Source: Octopus vulgaris (taxonomy: Eukaryota). Taken from it: a DNA stretch of 64,000 bases. The stretch lies in the NCBI GenBank assembly GCA_951406725.2, contig OX597820.1, positions 124,930,001 through 124,994,000 on the forward strand. The letters run 5' to 3'. The notes below the pieces were generated by a model. It made no database searches. It was not told where the DNA came from and was given only the letters and a program-made list of their open reading frames with translations. Position numbers and translations under genes: made by a program. Numbering within the stretch: position 1 is the stretch's first letter; every line of letters starts with the position of its first letter. Below, one piece after another: positions 1 to 13,361 of the stretch.

Positions 1-893
1 CAACATGTCACATAAAGGTGCAATGGAAGATCTTGATTGATAACACACAGCAGAAAAAGGAAGCGACAGTGAATCTATGGGAGGAGTTAAATTAGTTTTA
101 TGAGGAGACTTCAGACATACATCAGCAGTCATTCTGAGACGAACAAGATCTGATGAAATAAAAGCATGCATTAAGTCTTCACACCTATGGAATACAGTGC
201 AGAAATTCTTAGATACTAATGTATGAGCTTTACTTGTTGGGGAACAATGTGCGGAACAATGTTTGTTACAGCTGATCTATCAAAACAGGAAAGTAACATT
301 TGATGGCAATGGTAATATCAATTCAGCTAATATTGCTATCATGGAATCCCCCGGCTGAATTGACGAACAGGGTATTTCCAGACTTAAGTAATAGTTATAA
401 TTCATATAAATGGTTGTGTGAAATGGCAATTCTTGCTCCAAATATTAGAAAGTAGCAAGTATCAACCATGAATTAATGAATAAGATTGCAACAGTCATTA
501 AATAGTACTAATCAGCAGATTCAGTCCGTCGTGAAAATCAATCTGCCCATTACACAACAGAGTTCTTTCATTCTCTCAATTCACTGAAACTCCTCCACGT
601 AAACTTTTTCTGAACGAAGGAGTTATAATAATGATTCAACGTATGTGATATAATTTATCCCCCTTCATAAAAGTGGTAAATTTTGTATTTTCGCTTTTTT
701 TGGATTATTATTATTTTTGCATTTTTGTACTATGAATTCAGAATTGATTTCTCAATTGAAGAATCAATTGTATCGCAATGGAAGAATAAATTGAATTTAG
801 AATAACAAATTTCTATACAACATATTTTGCTTTTTTCTTCTAATATATAAGGAACACTGTCATTTCCGGGCAACGTCGAGTAACTCTGCTAAT
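1..893 (+). mobile_element. Decayed Helitron 3' part: PIF1-like helicase pseudogene plus 3' terminus
   Basis: Hand translation gives MSHKGAMEDLD*...GGVKLVL*GDFRHTSAVILRRTRSDEIKACIKSSHLWN (helicase motif III region) with stops and frameshifts. Ends in a hairpin-like CCGGGCAACGTCGAG followed by CTAA at 866-893, resembling the Helitron hairpin+CTRR end. Confidence 0.85.
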
Positions 894-1149
894 TAATTTC
901 TATTTATATATTCGTTTGTGTATGTATATATGTGTGAGTATGTGAGTAAGTGTAAAATTAAAAGTCTAAAAGCGAAGATAAATTAGGTTACGAAATGCTA
1001 CGTAAGAAATGTAGCACGAAATGAATCTCAACATCTATGCAGACGAAACGAAGAGACTATATAAAGAATATTTAAGATTACCAGAACTCACGACTGAAAC
1101 CAAAAGCTAAATTTACCATGGCACACAATCAAAATCTCCTCACCAGGAA

Positions 1150-1196
<47 letters not shown>

Positions 1197-1197
<1 letters not shown>

Positions 1198-1305
1198 CAC
1201 CGTGACCAACCAGGCTATCTTATGTTGCTACACATCGCTGGTCACAATGCGCTTCGCATTGTTTTAGCCTTCAAAGGACGCCACCCCACTGGTTAAGCGA
1301 GCAGG

Positions 1306-1307
<2 letters not shown>
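1197..1307 (-). mobile_element. 3' fragment of the tRNA-SINE family seen full-length at 46946-47250
   Basis: Reverse complement aligns with 47130-47248 (ggcctgctcgctta...ctaaaacaatgcgaa...cattgtgaccag). Flanked by (TA)n. Confidence 0.85.
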
Positions 1308-1345
<38 letters not shown>

Positions 1346-1904
1346 AGTGTGTGTGTATGTGTGTGCGTGCGTGTGTGTATGTGTGTGTGTGTGTGTGTGC
1401 GTGTGTGTGTGTGTAGCAAAGCAGAGTGCTTACGTAAATTACCATTATGTTGAATTTGAGATACAATTTAATACGTTGTCTCTAACTGCCTTACCTTAGC
1501 CAAGTTAAAATAAAATGTTCGACTAAGTGTATTGAGCGTTTGAATATACTGGAAATCATGAATTACTAAGAGAAATATATTTCAATAAATACACAAGAGA
1601 ATATATTTCAGAGAGACACAAAACGACAAAATCCTGGTTATACCAATCTTCACAGACACCGGCACGAATGTAATTCAGCTGATATTGTTTTCAAGTCCCG
1701 CTGGGAATGAAATTGCTTACTAATCAAAGTAAGATACGTACAAGGCATTAATGTATAACTGAAAGTAATGGGAGAATTTTCTAACTCAAAGTTCTCGCCG
1801 TATAGTTAACCAAAATGTTGAGACTGAGATTTATATTGATTAAGGATTATAATAATGATAATAATAAATCATTCTTTTTTAGCCATAGGGGCTCACATGC
1901 AATA

Positions 1905-2335
1905 ACATTAAATATTCTGCGCACTGCTTGTCAGTTGCTTGACCTTAACCAGTTGAGCATGTCCATTAGTTGCTGACGATATGTGCATCTCTGATCACGA
2001 GTAGAAGTAGTGGAATCCACCATAGCCCTGAGTTGAGATGAAGTCTTTGGAGTTTAGATAATTCACCTTTGGAAATATGAGTGTTCTGTTTAACATCATT
2101 AAACAACCCTTGTGCAGGGACTTTTTGATCAGGATGGGCTACTCAACCCGGTCCCCACCTGCAAGGTCATGCGCTGTTTATCTTGATATGAGATCCCTAT
2201 CTTGCGCACATATGGTTGTGATGCATGTGCCTGGTATACCCTTATCAGAAGTGTAGTAATGGTTAGTATACTGGGCTTCGTATATTTTATCCCAGTGTCT
2301 CTTAGATGACAAGCACTGCTCTCTCATTCAATAAT
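1905..2335 (+). mobile_element. 5'-truncated copy of a ~550 bp non-coding interspersed element flanked by (AAT)n
   Basis: Aligns along its length with the reverse complement of 51895-52345. Ends ctctcattca followed by (AAT)n. Confidence 0.85.
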
Positions 2336-2362
2336 GATAGCAACAATAATAATAATGATGAG

Positions 2363-2399
<37 letters not shown>

Positions 2400-2412
2400 T
2401 AATAATAATAAT

Positions 2413-2592
2413 CATTTCTACTATAGACAGAAGGCCTGCAATTGGCGGGAGGGGTTAGTCTACTTCATCGCGATACTTATTTAATCGACCCAGAAAAGAT
2501 GAAAGGAAAGTCGATCCCGGTGGAATTTTGAACTCAGAACGTAGCGGCAGACGAAATACCGCTCAGCATTTCGCCCGGTTTGCTATCGATTC
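2413..2592 (-). mobile_element. tRNA-derived SINE, same family as 33883-34111
   Basis: Shares gaactcagaacgtag/a..cagacgaaataccgct.agcatttcgcccgg and atcgaccc.gaaa.gatgaaagg with the 34 kb copy. B-box-like GAGTTCAAA on the minus strand. Confidence 0.85.
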
Positions 2593-2927
2593 AGTAAAGT
2601 ATTAGTTGAAACAAACAGATAGCATTATATCTAAGGCTGCAGGCAGCAAGCCTGCTGAGTATGCAAGACTCCAGGTGTTCCAGCAGAACATGTGATAAAA
2701 ATACATAATAATAATAATAATGATAATAATAATAATAACAACAACAACAATTGACGAAATACGCTAATCATTTAGCCCTGCGTAATAACAATTCCCCAAC
2801 CTCACCGCCTTCATAATAGTAATTATAGCAGTAACACTAACAATGATAGTTGTTGACTTCTTATATTTGGCAGAGAGATATCAGATGAAGAAGATATTAA
2901 AAAGAGATATCGATATGTATGTGAGTT

Positions 2928-3510
2928 TACATTGCAGATAAGAAGGAAAAAAAGAGTGAAAGATGAAATGTGTTAACAACTTTCACACTACACTGAACAG
3001 CGAGGGAAAGGCGAGACGTTTGTGACTGTGAAATATGTTTTAATTTCAATAGGTCGACGCTAAATATTGATGAATCTGATAAAGTCAATTTCCTGGATGC
3101 ACATTGGCCACATTCCATGTGTTGTAGTCATGTGTTCTGGTAATGGGAGGGTCCAGTACATCGAGATCGACAAATTTCTTATCGTGTGTTCCCTCCCTGG
3201 GTGTTCAAAACGGCCATACACCATCGGAACATGGAATGCATGAGGCAGTTCTCAAAAGTCTCTAGCACCTGTACCCACAACCCGAGGAAAGCTGCTTCCA
3301 GTTCAACACGAGTTGCCGGCCTTCGGACAACCTGGTTCAGCCATGTCTGGATTTCATCTCACAGGTTTTGCTCATTTGGGCTCAAATCCGGGTTAAGACC
3401 CGGCCACGGCATGTTGTGCTGATGCAGGAAGTCCGTGGTGATGGTCACATTGGAGGGAGCATTGTCCTCCTGGATTACGTGGGTATGGTGATGCGCGAAG
3501 AATGGCACGA
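2928..3510 (-). mobile_element. Tc1-family (DD34E) transposase 3' remnant
   Basis: ORF 3359-3559 contains IQEDNAPSN...WPGLNPDLSPNEQNL, matching QDNAxxH...WPxxSPDLNPIExxW. Continues into C-terminal SMFRWCMAVLNTQGGNT. Confidence 0.85.
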
Positions 3511-3534
3511 TGTGTGTGTGTGTGAATGCACCAC

Positions 3535-4411
3535 CAATTGTTTGCCAATCTGTTTGCAAATACCCTGGTCAAAATGTTCAATTCTGCGTTGAGCAGAGGG
3601 ATGTGTCGAACATTATTCCCAAGATCCCCGTCATCTGGGTCCTTACTTAGCACCGTCACCACTCCTCGGTTCACAGATTAGAGTATGAACCCATTATATT
3701 GTCAGTTTGTGACGACGCAAGCCACCTAGTGCCCAAACAATTATGAAATGCAATAATAAAATTCGTAGGGAAACTATCTTGTCCCGGTGACCTGACCCCA
3801 CGACAATCCGACAAGGCATCCTCTACTATCGCAGCTCTGATCGGCTTTTCACAGCATTCTGCTTTCCGCCCCGAGAGCTGCGACAAACTGGCGGGAAAGT
3901 CCATAGGATCCACCCTGCGTGCTGGTCTATCATCCCTCCCGAAAAGCTGGCCGAAATGCTTGTAAAAAACGTTGCACATCTCCTCGGGTTCGTTTACCAA
4001 TTACACGTGTTTGTTCATCACAGACCTTATTCTGGCATCGTTGCCATGTTGGATGGTCCTCACACGGGTCCATCTCCCTGTACTGATCCCTCTCACCCCT
4101 GCATGAATCTTAGCCCTCAAAATACACCCATCGTGTTGAGTCTCGAGGTGTTGCTTGAGCGCCAATGTCGCAGCCAACACTTGGGTTGCACTGCCAGTAC
4201 TCAATGCTTCTTCTAGGGTCTTAACAAAATCCGTTCCTACTCTATCATTTTGAGTTGTTAATTTTTTAGTAAATTTTATTGACTCAAATTTGATGGCTCT
4301 TTTGAGGGCACGCCACCATTTGTTGTTAATAATCGCGCCTGCCAGTGCCATCTTCATTGGCCGACCAATCCTGTTTCTGTACTCCTCAGAGGCCAAAAGA
4401 GACCTTCCCAA
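3535..4411 (-). mobile_element. Tx1/L1-clade LINE ORF2 fragment (linker and start of RT)
   Basis: Consecutive frameshifted ORFs carry RSPGQDSFPTNF (cf. KSPGxDGxPxEFY) and NVRHIPLLNAELNILTRVFANRL (cf. RPIxLLNxDxKILxKxxANRL). Confidence 0.85.
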
Positions 4412-4872
4412 TACAAACAGACAGAAAAAATGGACTCCAAACGACCAGACATTGTGATCAAGGACTACAACAGAGGAAGTTGTTTGTTAATAGATACATC
4501 TGTCCTACAAGATCAAGATGTCTCAAGAAAGTTATACAAAAATGTTTCTCACTGTAAAGATCTGCAAATTGAAATGTGAAAGCTTAGTAATACAATACAA
4601 GTAGTAATTGGTGTTTTGGGAATGATAAAGAAGGGGGCTGAGAAGTGCATTAAGCAACTCACTAGTAGTAACTCCAATCTCCGTGTGCTACAAAAGGTAA
4701 CCTTGATGGGTACAGCCCTTATACTACGGAAAGCGCTATTTGTTTCGAATGGAATGAATGTGGTGACAATTTTAGCATGCATAGCAAAACGAAAGTGCCC
4801 TTGATACTCTTGACCCCCAGAAGATGCCTACTACTAAAGCAGCAGAAAGAAAGCTATAATGAAAAGAAACCA
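4400..4872 (+). mobile_element. R4/Dong-like LINE 3' end (restriction-like endonuclease) ending in (AAT)n
   Basis: FPIQTDRK..KRPDIVIKD...LLID; VVIGVLGMIKKG...LQKVTLMGTALILRKAL. Followed by an (AAT)n tract. Confidence 0.8.
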
Positions 4873-4874
4873 TA

Positions 4875-4921
<47 letters not shown>

Positions 4922-5398
4922 CAATAATAATAATAATATTATTTACAAAGGATGCTTTCAATACAAACTACAAGATAAATCAAAACACTGCACATACAAA
5001 ACACCCATAGTGCTCCAGACGGTAAACAGTGAAAACAATCAATGAAAAGATGACTATAGAGGAAAAAATATAAATAATATTCATCACAAGTTTAATGATA
5101 AATTTCTAAGTTATCCGTTTCTATTATTCCTGGGTGAATTTCTTCCACTTCGTCAGCAGACTAACATAACATTTGACAACGAGTCAAAACACCTAAAGGT
5201 TTATGGAACGTAAGTGCTCGAATGAACACTTGTGTATCATCGTATTACAGTTTATGTTATACAACTAAATATAAACTAAATATGCAGCTTCTAGCTTTTT
5301 ACATCTATTTGGCATTGTCAAAATTGTAAGGAAATAAATCAATACTTGAGGAAGTATATAGCTAAAGTGAATATAAGCATGTGTGTGTGTGAGCGTAT

Positions 5399-5429
<31 letters not shown>

Positions 5430-5652
5430 AATATATATATATTTATATATTTATATATATATGGTTTTGTATAATCTGAACTGCGTATTATATTAAGCGT
5501 TGTTATATTTCTAGATTTCCCTCTATCTGGTGCTCATATGGCATTCCATTTTTTATACATGGACGAATACATACATTCATACGCACACACAAACAAACAC
5601 AGACACACACATAGACAAACGTACACGCAGGTACACACAGACTCATACACAT

Positions 5653-5738
<86 letters not shown>

Positions 5739-6319
5739 GCTTGTGAATGAGTATCGTATGCATATTTGCATTTCGGTTCGTTTGCATATTCGCGTTTGTG
5801 AAGCAAAGCGGCAGAAATTTGATATAGAAATCCGGATGTGTGGATGACTTGAACAGTTTCTCAGGTAATTTGATAAATTAAGTGCCTAATTAAACAGTTT
5901 ATGAATGAAAGTATAAAATACAAATTATATAAAAGTAACTTATCTCTTTCCGTCAGAGTCATACATACTTTTCTCTCTATATAATATTTATGTATTTTCA
6001 TGTCGTCCTGTCTTCACAAATATTTAAGACATTTTTCATTACTAATATGTTTTTATGTTTATGTTTTCCTCTTACAGTGCGACATGGCTGTTGCTACCCG
6101 CTTATTCTTTGATATGATGCACGAAAACACAACTAAAATCATATTATTTGGCGACGCATGTTTTAACGTGACAGGACCTATGGTGCAAATTTCAAAATGG
6201 TGGAATATGACGCAGGTATATTTTATCAATTTTTTATGTGTATTACGATCAGCAGAGTCAAGAAAATAAATGTTGCTTATTATTTTGAATACGTTATTGC
6301 GTGAAATACAGGATATATG

Positions 6320-6530
6320 AGCTTTTAATTTTCCGTCATTTGTATGCAGCCACGGTGTACACCGCCTTCAAGGGTTGTACAAGGAAAATCGACACCAAGG
6401 CATATTTTTTGGAGCCTAGTACTTTTTCTATATCTCTCTTTTGTCGAAAATCTAGGTTACGTGGACGTAAACACACCAGCATCAGCTGTCAAGCGGTGCT
6501 GACGGGAGATGCACAGATACAAAGACACAT
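6320..6530 (-). mobile_element. SINE 3' half (CORE-like family)
   Basis: Similar to the 3' half of 8405-8685 and to 59960-60180. Confidence 0.6.
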
Positions 6531-6675
6531 ACACAAATATATATGTATATATATATATAGATATATATAATCAATAATACTAAAGGGTAAAATTAATTAA
6601 TTACTTAAATAATAATTCCGCCAGGTAGTATTCGGCATGTTAAAAGGTGAACTTAAACAATATTTTTTTTTATGA

Positions 6676-6925
6676 TTATGTGTATAATTATAATTAGGGT
6701 TCGGCAAAAAAAAAATTGATTCTTCACATATCGAACTTTAGAAATAGCAGCCAAAGAAATTAGCTATTACTTCTACTCAAAAAAATATGCTTCACCACAT
6801 ACCGAACTTTAGAAATAGCAACCAATAGAACAAATAGCTAAGTTCTTTGGCTGCTATTTCGAAAGTTCGGTATGTGGTGAAGCAAATGTTTTTGTCGAAC
6901 CCTAATTGTAATTATATCATAATTA
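6676..6925. repeat. Inverted repeat (~90 bp arms) with an internal partial direct copy
   Basis: taattagggttcggcaaaaa...cgaactttagaaatagcagccaaagaa.ttagctatt versus aatagctaagttctttggctgctatttcgaaagttcg...tttttgtcgaaccctaatt. Confidence 0.9.
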
Positions 6926-6928
6926 TAA

Positions 6929-7011
<83 letters not shown>

Positions 7012-7599
7012 TGTGTGCATTAATAGTAATAGTATAACAACAAAAAAATGAATGAGAACTCGATATTATGCAAATAGTGGAATGTATCTGTATTATAATA
7101 TGGCAATTATTGGGTTGTCATAATAAAACTCAGAATTTCGGGTGACTGGGCGGAAATCTGCTCCGGCATCTCGTCAGAGAAATAAAGAAAAAAAAACGCT
7201 TATAGAATTCGCGTATGCTCGCACCTGCATACATACACATGCACGCACGCACACCCACGTACATGTGCCTATATGCATATGCTCACTTCCACTCGCGTGA
7301 AACACATACATGCATACCCACACATACGCCTATATGTGCACACACACACACACGCATACGCACATATGTATACATATATATATATACTTATACGCGCACA
7401 ATTATGTTCGTATACATGTCTATATACGCACATGCACAAAAATATGCAGGGTGAAAGGTAATATACAGAAAAAATATGTAAAAATATATAAAGCAAGAAA
7501 AATATATAAACAAATATATAAAAATATGTATATATATATATAGAGAGAGATATATAGGGAGAGAAAGAGATAAGATTCTTGTAAATGGACACAATATAA

Positions 7600-7860
7600 A
7601 ATGCAGGTTCTATCTGTGACCATGTGGGCATATGATGGAGTAGGCATATGCGATCTCATTGGACTGTTACCACTCGTTGGGCAAGACTTCTTCGGACATA
7701 TATTTCGCCACTTACAAAGATGACGAGATAGCTTTAACTACAAATACTAATGGACCAGTACAAGATCGGTTTAGGAAGGGCATTATCCAAATGATGAAAA
7801 CTTTCGGTCTTACCATAACTATGGATACCAACCTGACGGTTGTCAATTTCCTAGGGGTAT
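7600..7860 (+). mobile_element. Penelope-like element reverse transcriptase fragment
   Basis: VTMWAYDGVGICDLIGL, then after a frameshift YKDDEIAL...FGLTITMDTNLTVVNFLGV (cf. VTMGxYDGAExCxLxG, YRDD, VNFLDV). Confidence 0.85.
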
Positions 7861-7863
7861 CCG

Positions 7864-7900
<37 letters not shown>

Positions 7901-7984
7901 AATCCAAACGGGAAAACAAAAAAACAACAACACGTGGAACAATTACAGTATTATTATTAATAGGCGCTCAGGAAATATGGAAGC

Positions 7985-8157
7985 AGGAATATATGCAACG
8001 GGCTTCTTTCAGTTTCCGTCTACCAACTCCATGCGGAAATCATTGGTCTGCCGTAGGATATAGAAGAAGGCTCTTGCGCAAGGTGCCTCGCAGTAGGACT
8101 GAACATGCAACCATGTGATTAAGAAGCAAACTTCCTACCACAAAAATACGCCTGCCC
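7985..8157 (-). mobile_element. tRNA-derived CORE-like SINE, 5' half
   Basis: Minus strand has a tRNA-like head (gtggtaggaagtttgc...gttcagtcc) then ggcaccttgcgcaag (CORE-like). Homologous to 38885-39050 and 60417-60575. Confidence 0.75.
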
Positions 8158-8404
8158 TATGATATATATGTATATGTGTGCATGTTTCTTTTTGAGTGTA
8201 TGTGTTTGTGTGTATGTGAATTTTAATGGAAATCGAAGCAGATAGATCTATAGATAATAGCATGTAAATGGTGGTTTTAATAGTCCTTTCGTATCGTTAG
8301 CTACCAATGGAACATGAACCCAGACTAATTAGGCATGCTAATTTTTCTGTTGAAAAGTGTTGTTCAAGCTATTGCTGTTGTATCATTTATGCGTTTCGTG
8401 TTTC

Positions 8405-8685
8405 TCGGCTCAGGCCAACAGCGTGGTACTTTGGAAAGTGTCTTCTATTATAGCTTCGGGCTAAAGTAATCCTTATGAGTGGACTTGATAGACGGTTTGT
8501 GCCAGTTTGTGCTTTGCTTCTGCACCACCAGAGCTTGACGACCGGTGTTGGTGTATTTCCGTTTTGGTAAACGGGATCGTTAGAATAAATACTAGGCTTA
8601 AATGAATAAACCTTCGCTAAAATTCTTTAAAGGAGAGCACCAACTTAGCCGCAGTCTAATGACTGAAACAAATAGGAGAAAAGAT
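8405..8685 (+). mobile_element. Diverged CORE-like SINE
   Basis: gtggtactttggaaagtgtcttctattatagc...gccgcagtctaatgactgaaacaaa tail is shared with other copies. Confidence 0.65.
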
Positions 8686-9647
8686 AGTTATATATGTGTG
8701 TGTAGATTTATACACATACACACACACACACATACAAACACACATGGAAATTACAGAACAGTAAAGAAAATAATTTCAATAGAAGAACAAAATGAATAAA
8801 TTAGATGGACACTCATTAAAATCTTTAGACGGAAAAGTAGCTGTGAAAATAATGTTACGAGCATGGCTCTTCGTCAGAAAGTGGAAAATGTCCAGAGATG
8901 AGAAAAAGGAGAAAGAACAAATTGTGCGGAGAAAATCAGGCTATTATTTACAAATTTAATATCGAATGGTTTCTTATACTTTCATCATGAGAAAGGAATA
9001 CTTTTAGGAGCCCTAGAAAATTACTCAAGATATATACATCAAAGATCTGATATAGAAAGATATGATTCACGCCTGGCATCGTGTATCTTTTATATGCTTT
9101 AATCATTTGATTGTGGCCATGCTGGGGTACATTCGTGATGTAAATTAATTTTATCGCATCCTTAAGTTAGTTCAAAGCAGAGGATACATAGTGATAGGCA
9201 GGAATTGGGATGATGATTTAAATAACAACTTATATTCCTCTTTGTATAAGAAAGGATTATCTTGAATGAGTTATCTTTACTTTACTGTAGAGAGAATATT
9301 TCACTGAAGTAAATTATCTAAGACACTTCAAGTACTTTAAATAGAAATAGTGCTTGTAGAATCAAACTGTTTCATAAATTGGCTATATCGTTGTAGTTTG
9401 AGACGGAGTGTCAGTTATAGTCTGGCGTAGGGATTTGAATGAATTTAGTAGTCAGGAATTGTGTGACATGTTGATATTAAGTGTCACTAACTAGGTTTCA
9501 TATTTAAAAAAAACATTCGGAAAATGCTTTTGAACATGAACATGTTTCAATAATACAAAAGCACACACTATATCAAAATGCATGCCAAATCCTGACGTTT
9601 TAGCAATGGTCAATATTATTATTTTCGCACCTTAAAAAAAGAGTCCA

Positions 9648-9692
<45 letters not shown>

Positions 9693-10149
9693 TAATGAAG
9701 AAGAAGAAGAAGAAGAAGAAGTCGTCAATAACTGTGCACCTATTATTTTCTTATTACTAATAACTGTTCAATTAGCAGATCGAATATATAATGTAAAAGA
9801 GGAAGCTATTGCAAGAGGTGTAAAGAGGATGTAGGAAGAAATGAAGGGGAAACCAATGATGGTACGTATATTTGTTAGGTTATTACAGGAGACAAGATTA
9901 AGGTAGAAGAATGTAGCTTTTGGGTGGATATATTATGAGAGTGCTTAGGACAATGTCCCATACATTTTGTTCTTGGTGTATCTGAAAACTCTTGGAGTCA
10001 AAGGGAATATAAACAACATTTTGGAGAAATCAATGTGTGTGCTAAGAAGAGCTAACAAGTGCAAAAGTATCGCTGGGGAAAAGTGAAAATACGCAAGGAC
10101 ATTTCTCTCCATTACACTTCCTCATTGCGCTAATCCTCTTGACATATAT

Positions 10150-10610
10150 ATTAAGAAAAATCAAGTCTGCCTATTTCTAAGCCAAATTTCATGCTTATTT
10201 ATTCGGTAAATCCTTGTACTGTGTGTAGTAATGTTTCCAGATTCTTATCATTTTTAGCGTACAGTTTTATTTCATCCATATATAATATCCCTTCCAGAGG
10301 CCATCCAGGTAATTTCTCAGCCAGAGTTTTATGTGTTCCTGTCAGATATTACAACCAAAATTTGAGGATCTTGTGGTGTCTGGGTGCCTTCCACTAGCTT
10401 AAATTCTGAAGTCCCTGGGTGACCTCTTTACTTGTTATTGGAGTGCAGTGTTGTTAAGGTCCTCTGTTTGTTATTTAGATAGATATTTTCTGAAGTCGTT
10501 CCTTCTCCGATCATATTACCTTCCAAACTTGTGGCACTTTTCTGTTGGTGCTGCATTGATATCTATTTTATTTTCTCCAAGGTCTTCGTAGAATTTTCTG
10601 GGGTTGGATT
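10150..10610 (-). mobile_element. Degraded R4/Dong-like LINE internal fragment next to (AAT)n
   Basis: Minus strand reads ISMKFGLEI (cf. IGMxFGLxKC). Heavily decayed. Confidence 0.4.
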
Positions 10611-10631
10611 ATTATTATTATTATTATTACT

Positions 10632-10670
<39 letters not shown>

Positions 10671-12223
10671 TCCTGCATTTGCATTAAGCATTAATACTAT
10701 GGTATTTCAAGTGTGTATAGCATCAATGTTATCGCATACACAAAGGTTTATTATTCCTTAAAGATTCCGCCCAATACATAAAAATGATTTATTTTTATCC
10801 TAACCTAACATAAGTATTGAAATTCACCGTAGAAGAAACTGAAATATGAAGGTCAGTTCTCATATATACAGTGATACATTTCTTTAGACTTGTCTTGTGA
10901 AATATAGAGAAAAAAAGAAAAAAAGTTAAAAGTTGAAAAACAGTTGCATGCCTCTTGAACATAGATATTCCACTTTAAATCATTAGTGAATTATGAGACA
11001 AAATTCCAAATATAAATCAATTAATTTGAAATGATTATAATCTTTCATACTCGATCTTCTCCCCTTGTGGTTGTCATTACACGAGAGTAAACATCAAGTT
11101 ACACAAGAGTAGACAGAATAATTTCATTTTCCGAAGAAATCAGTACGCTACAAAATTTCTGAAATCAAAAATCGGAAGCAGTATAACTAACCAGCATAAT
11201 CGGGTTGTGCATCGACAATGTGCATAGATACATACACTTAGAATATACAGCAGCATAATGGTGGTGAATGTTAACAGTGTATAAGCACTATAGATGCTAG
11301 AATAAAAGATACTGATTCCATTAATAAATCTTGCTAGCACATCAGTAAATATAAGAAAGCTTCCTATCATATAATGGTACTTTTTCAGAGGAAGTAGAAA
11401 GAAACAAACATTTTATAAATCATATTCAAAGAAATAGCGAATTGCCATCATCCTCAAGTATCGTCTGGTTGAATAAAGTGCATCGACATCTTCATTACAT
11501 TTCTGCAGTTTTATATATCCTGTATTTATTTAATGTATTCAGTTAGTATTATCCATCCACATTATTCTTTGCTAACCCTCTCAATTTTTCCATTCAATTT
11601 GCCTTCTATTAATACTTACTGTAAGTATCCTAAATATGCTAGTTTCTTAAGTATACTGACGTGTTTTATTGCTCTGTCCATGATATCCTCTCGAGTCTTC
11701 CACTGTCATTAACTGTAGTTACAATATTGCAAATAATTCTACTGCAATACACTTATTGATTCAAAGACGTAATATTAAAGATAATTCAAGGAGTTACCAT
11801 AGTTTCTTCCTAATAAACGATGCTTAAAATAGTACACATTTTCTCAGTTACTTTTAGGTTGGGACACATTAATAAGAAGAGACATTTAAGCCATTTTTTC
11901 ATTGGAGTGTTACTTTTTTACAGTGGAGCTGAAGGTATCAATCATATTTCTTATGTCAATTTTTGAAAGCGAACGTCTCAATTATTGCTTACTTGAATGA
12001 GAAAACGAATAATATTTTTTCAGGAAATAAAACTTAAAGTGATAACCAAATCAGGCGGAAACAGACATATACAAATGTGTGCTCAAACGCACAAACATAT
12101 AACGAATGATACTATAATATATTATGTCATACTATATATATATATATATATTAATAGTGAAGAAAATATTAGGTATACATATGACTATATAAATAAATAA
12201 GTATATATATGTGTATGTGTGTA

Positions 12224-12272
<49 letters not shown>

Positions 12273-13272
12273 TTATTTATGGGTTTGGGTGTCCAGGTCT
12301 ATGTAACTATATATGTATATTCTATAAGAAGGACTAGGATGTGTATTTGTTTTTAGCATTTTTTATCATTTCGAATTTTTTATGTTTTCGAGTACAATTT
12401 CTTGTTACTGTGAAATTCTGAGAACTATTGCGCTTCATGTAGAACCTGAATAATAAATTGATAAAACGTAAAATATAATTAAGCCACAATATAATCATAT
12501 TTAAAATACATAACTAAATTACACTCTTCCTTCTATAAACACATATGGTTATTGCAACACAAGGAAACGATAATCATCTGCACAGATGATTGTCGTTTCC
12601 ACACACTTCCTTTTGTCAATGGTATTTATGACTTTCCGTCAATAGATTTCCATATGACTATTCAATAGAGCTGCATGGAGCATAGGTGAAGATGAAAGTT
12701 GTAACATATTGTGCACTTCCAATTGGTTACAAGAGAGCGTGTCACACTTCTTCCTTCTGCGTAGGTCTTTCAGTAGAGGGAATAACTAATGAGATCACTG
12801 TAAAGGGACTTCTGGATGCCAATGGACTATAGCGATAAACGCTCGTAAGATCAAATTATACCTTCCGAGTCTCTATGATTAGTAGCTAGTGAGAGGCCAA
12901 AGCAAGGTGGATAGTAATTGGGTGAAACTACGTTTTACATCAGTGGGTCCCCCTTTTAGAAGGATGCTGTTCCAACAGTAAAAAGTTCCTATCTCCCAGG
13001 GGTTTTATTGGGCGGCTTGACACTAAGCAAATGTATTTCTGCCTCAGCGCATTCAGGTGTATTGTCATTATATACGCTGGTCAAACCAAAGCGGGGGTAC
13101 TGACAGGTGCAGCCACGCCGGGTCGGACTAGACTTCGAGATACTAGGGGCTAAGAAGTGGTGATAAACCCTGGAACTCCAGAACCCCAACATCGGATGCA
13201 CTTTAAAGACATATCGAGGACTAATATACACAAATATATGTATGTATATATATATGTATATATATATATATA

Positions 13273-13361
<89 letters not shown>

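Noticed and set aside
5105-5160. Hammerhead candidate CUGACGA...GAAAC on the minus strand
   Set aside because: No convincing stem I or stem II pairing.
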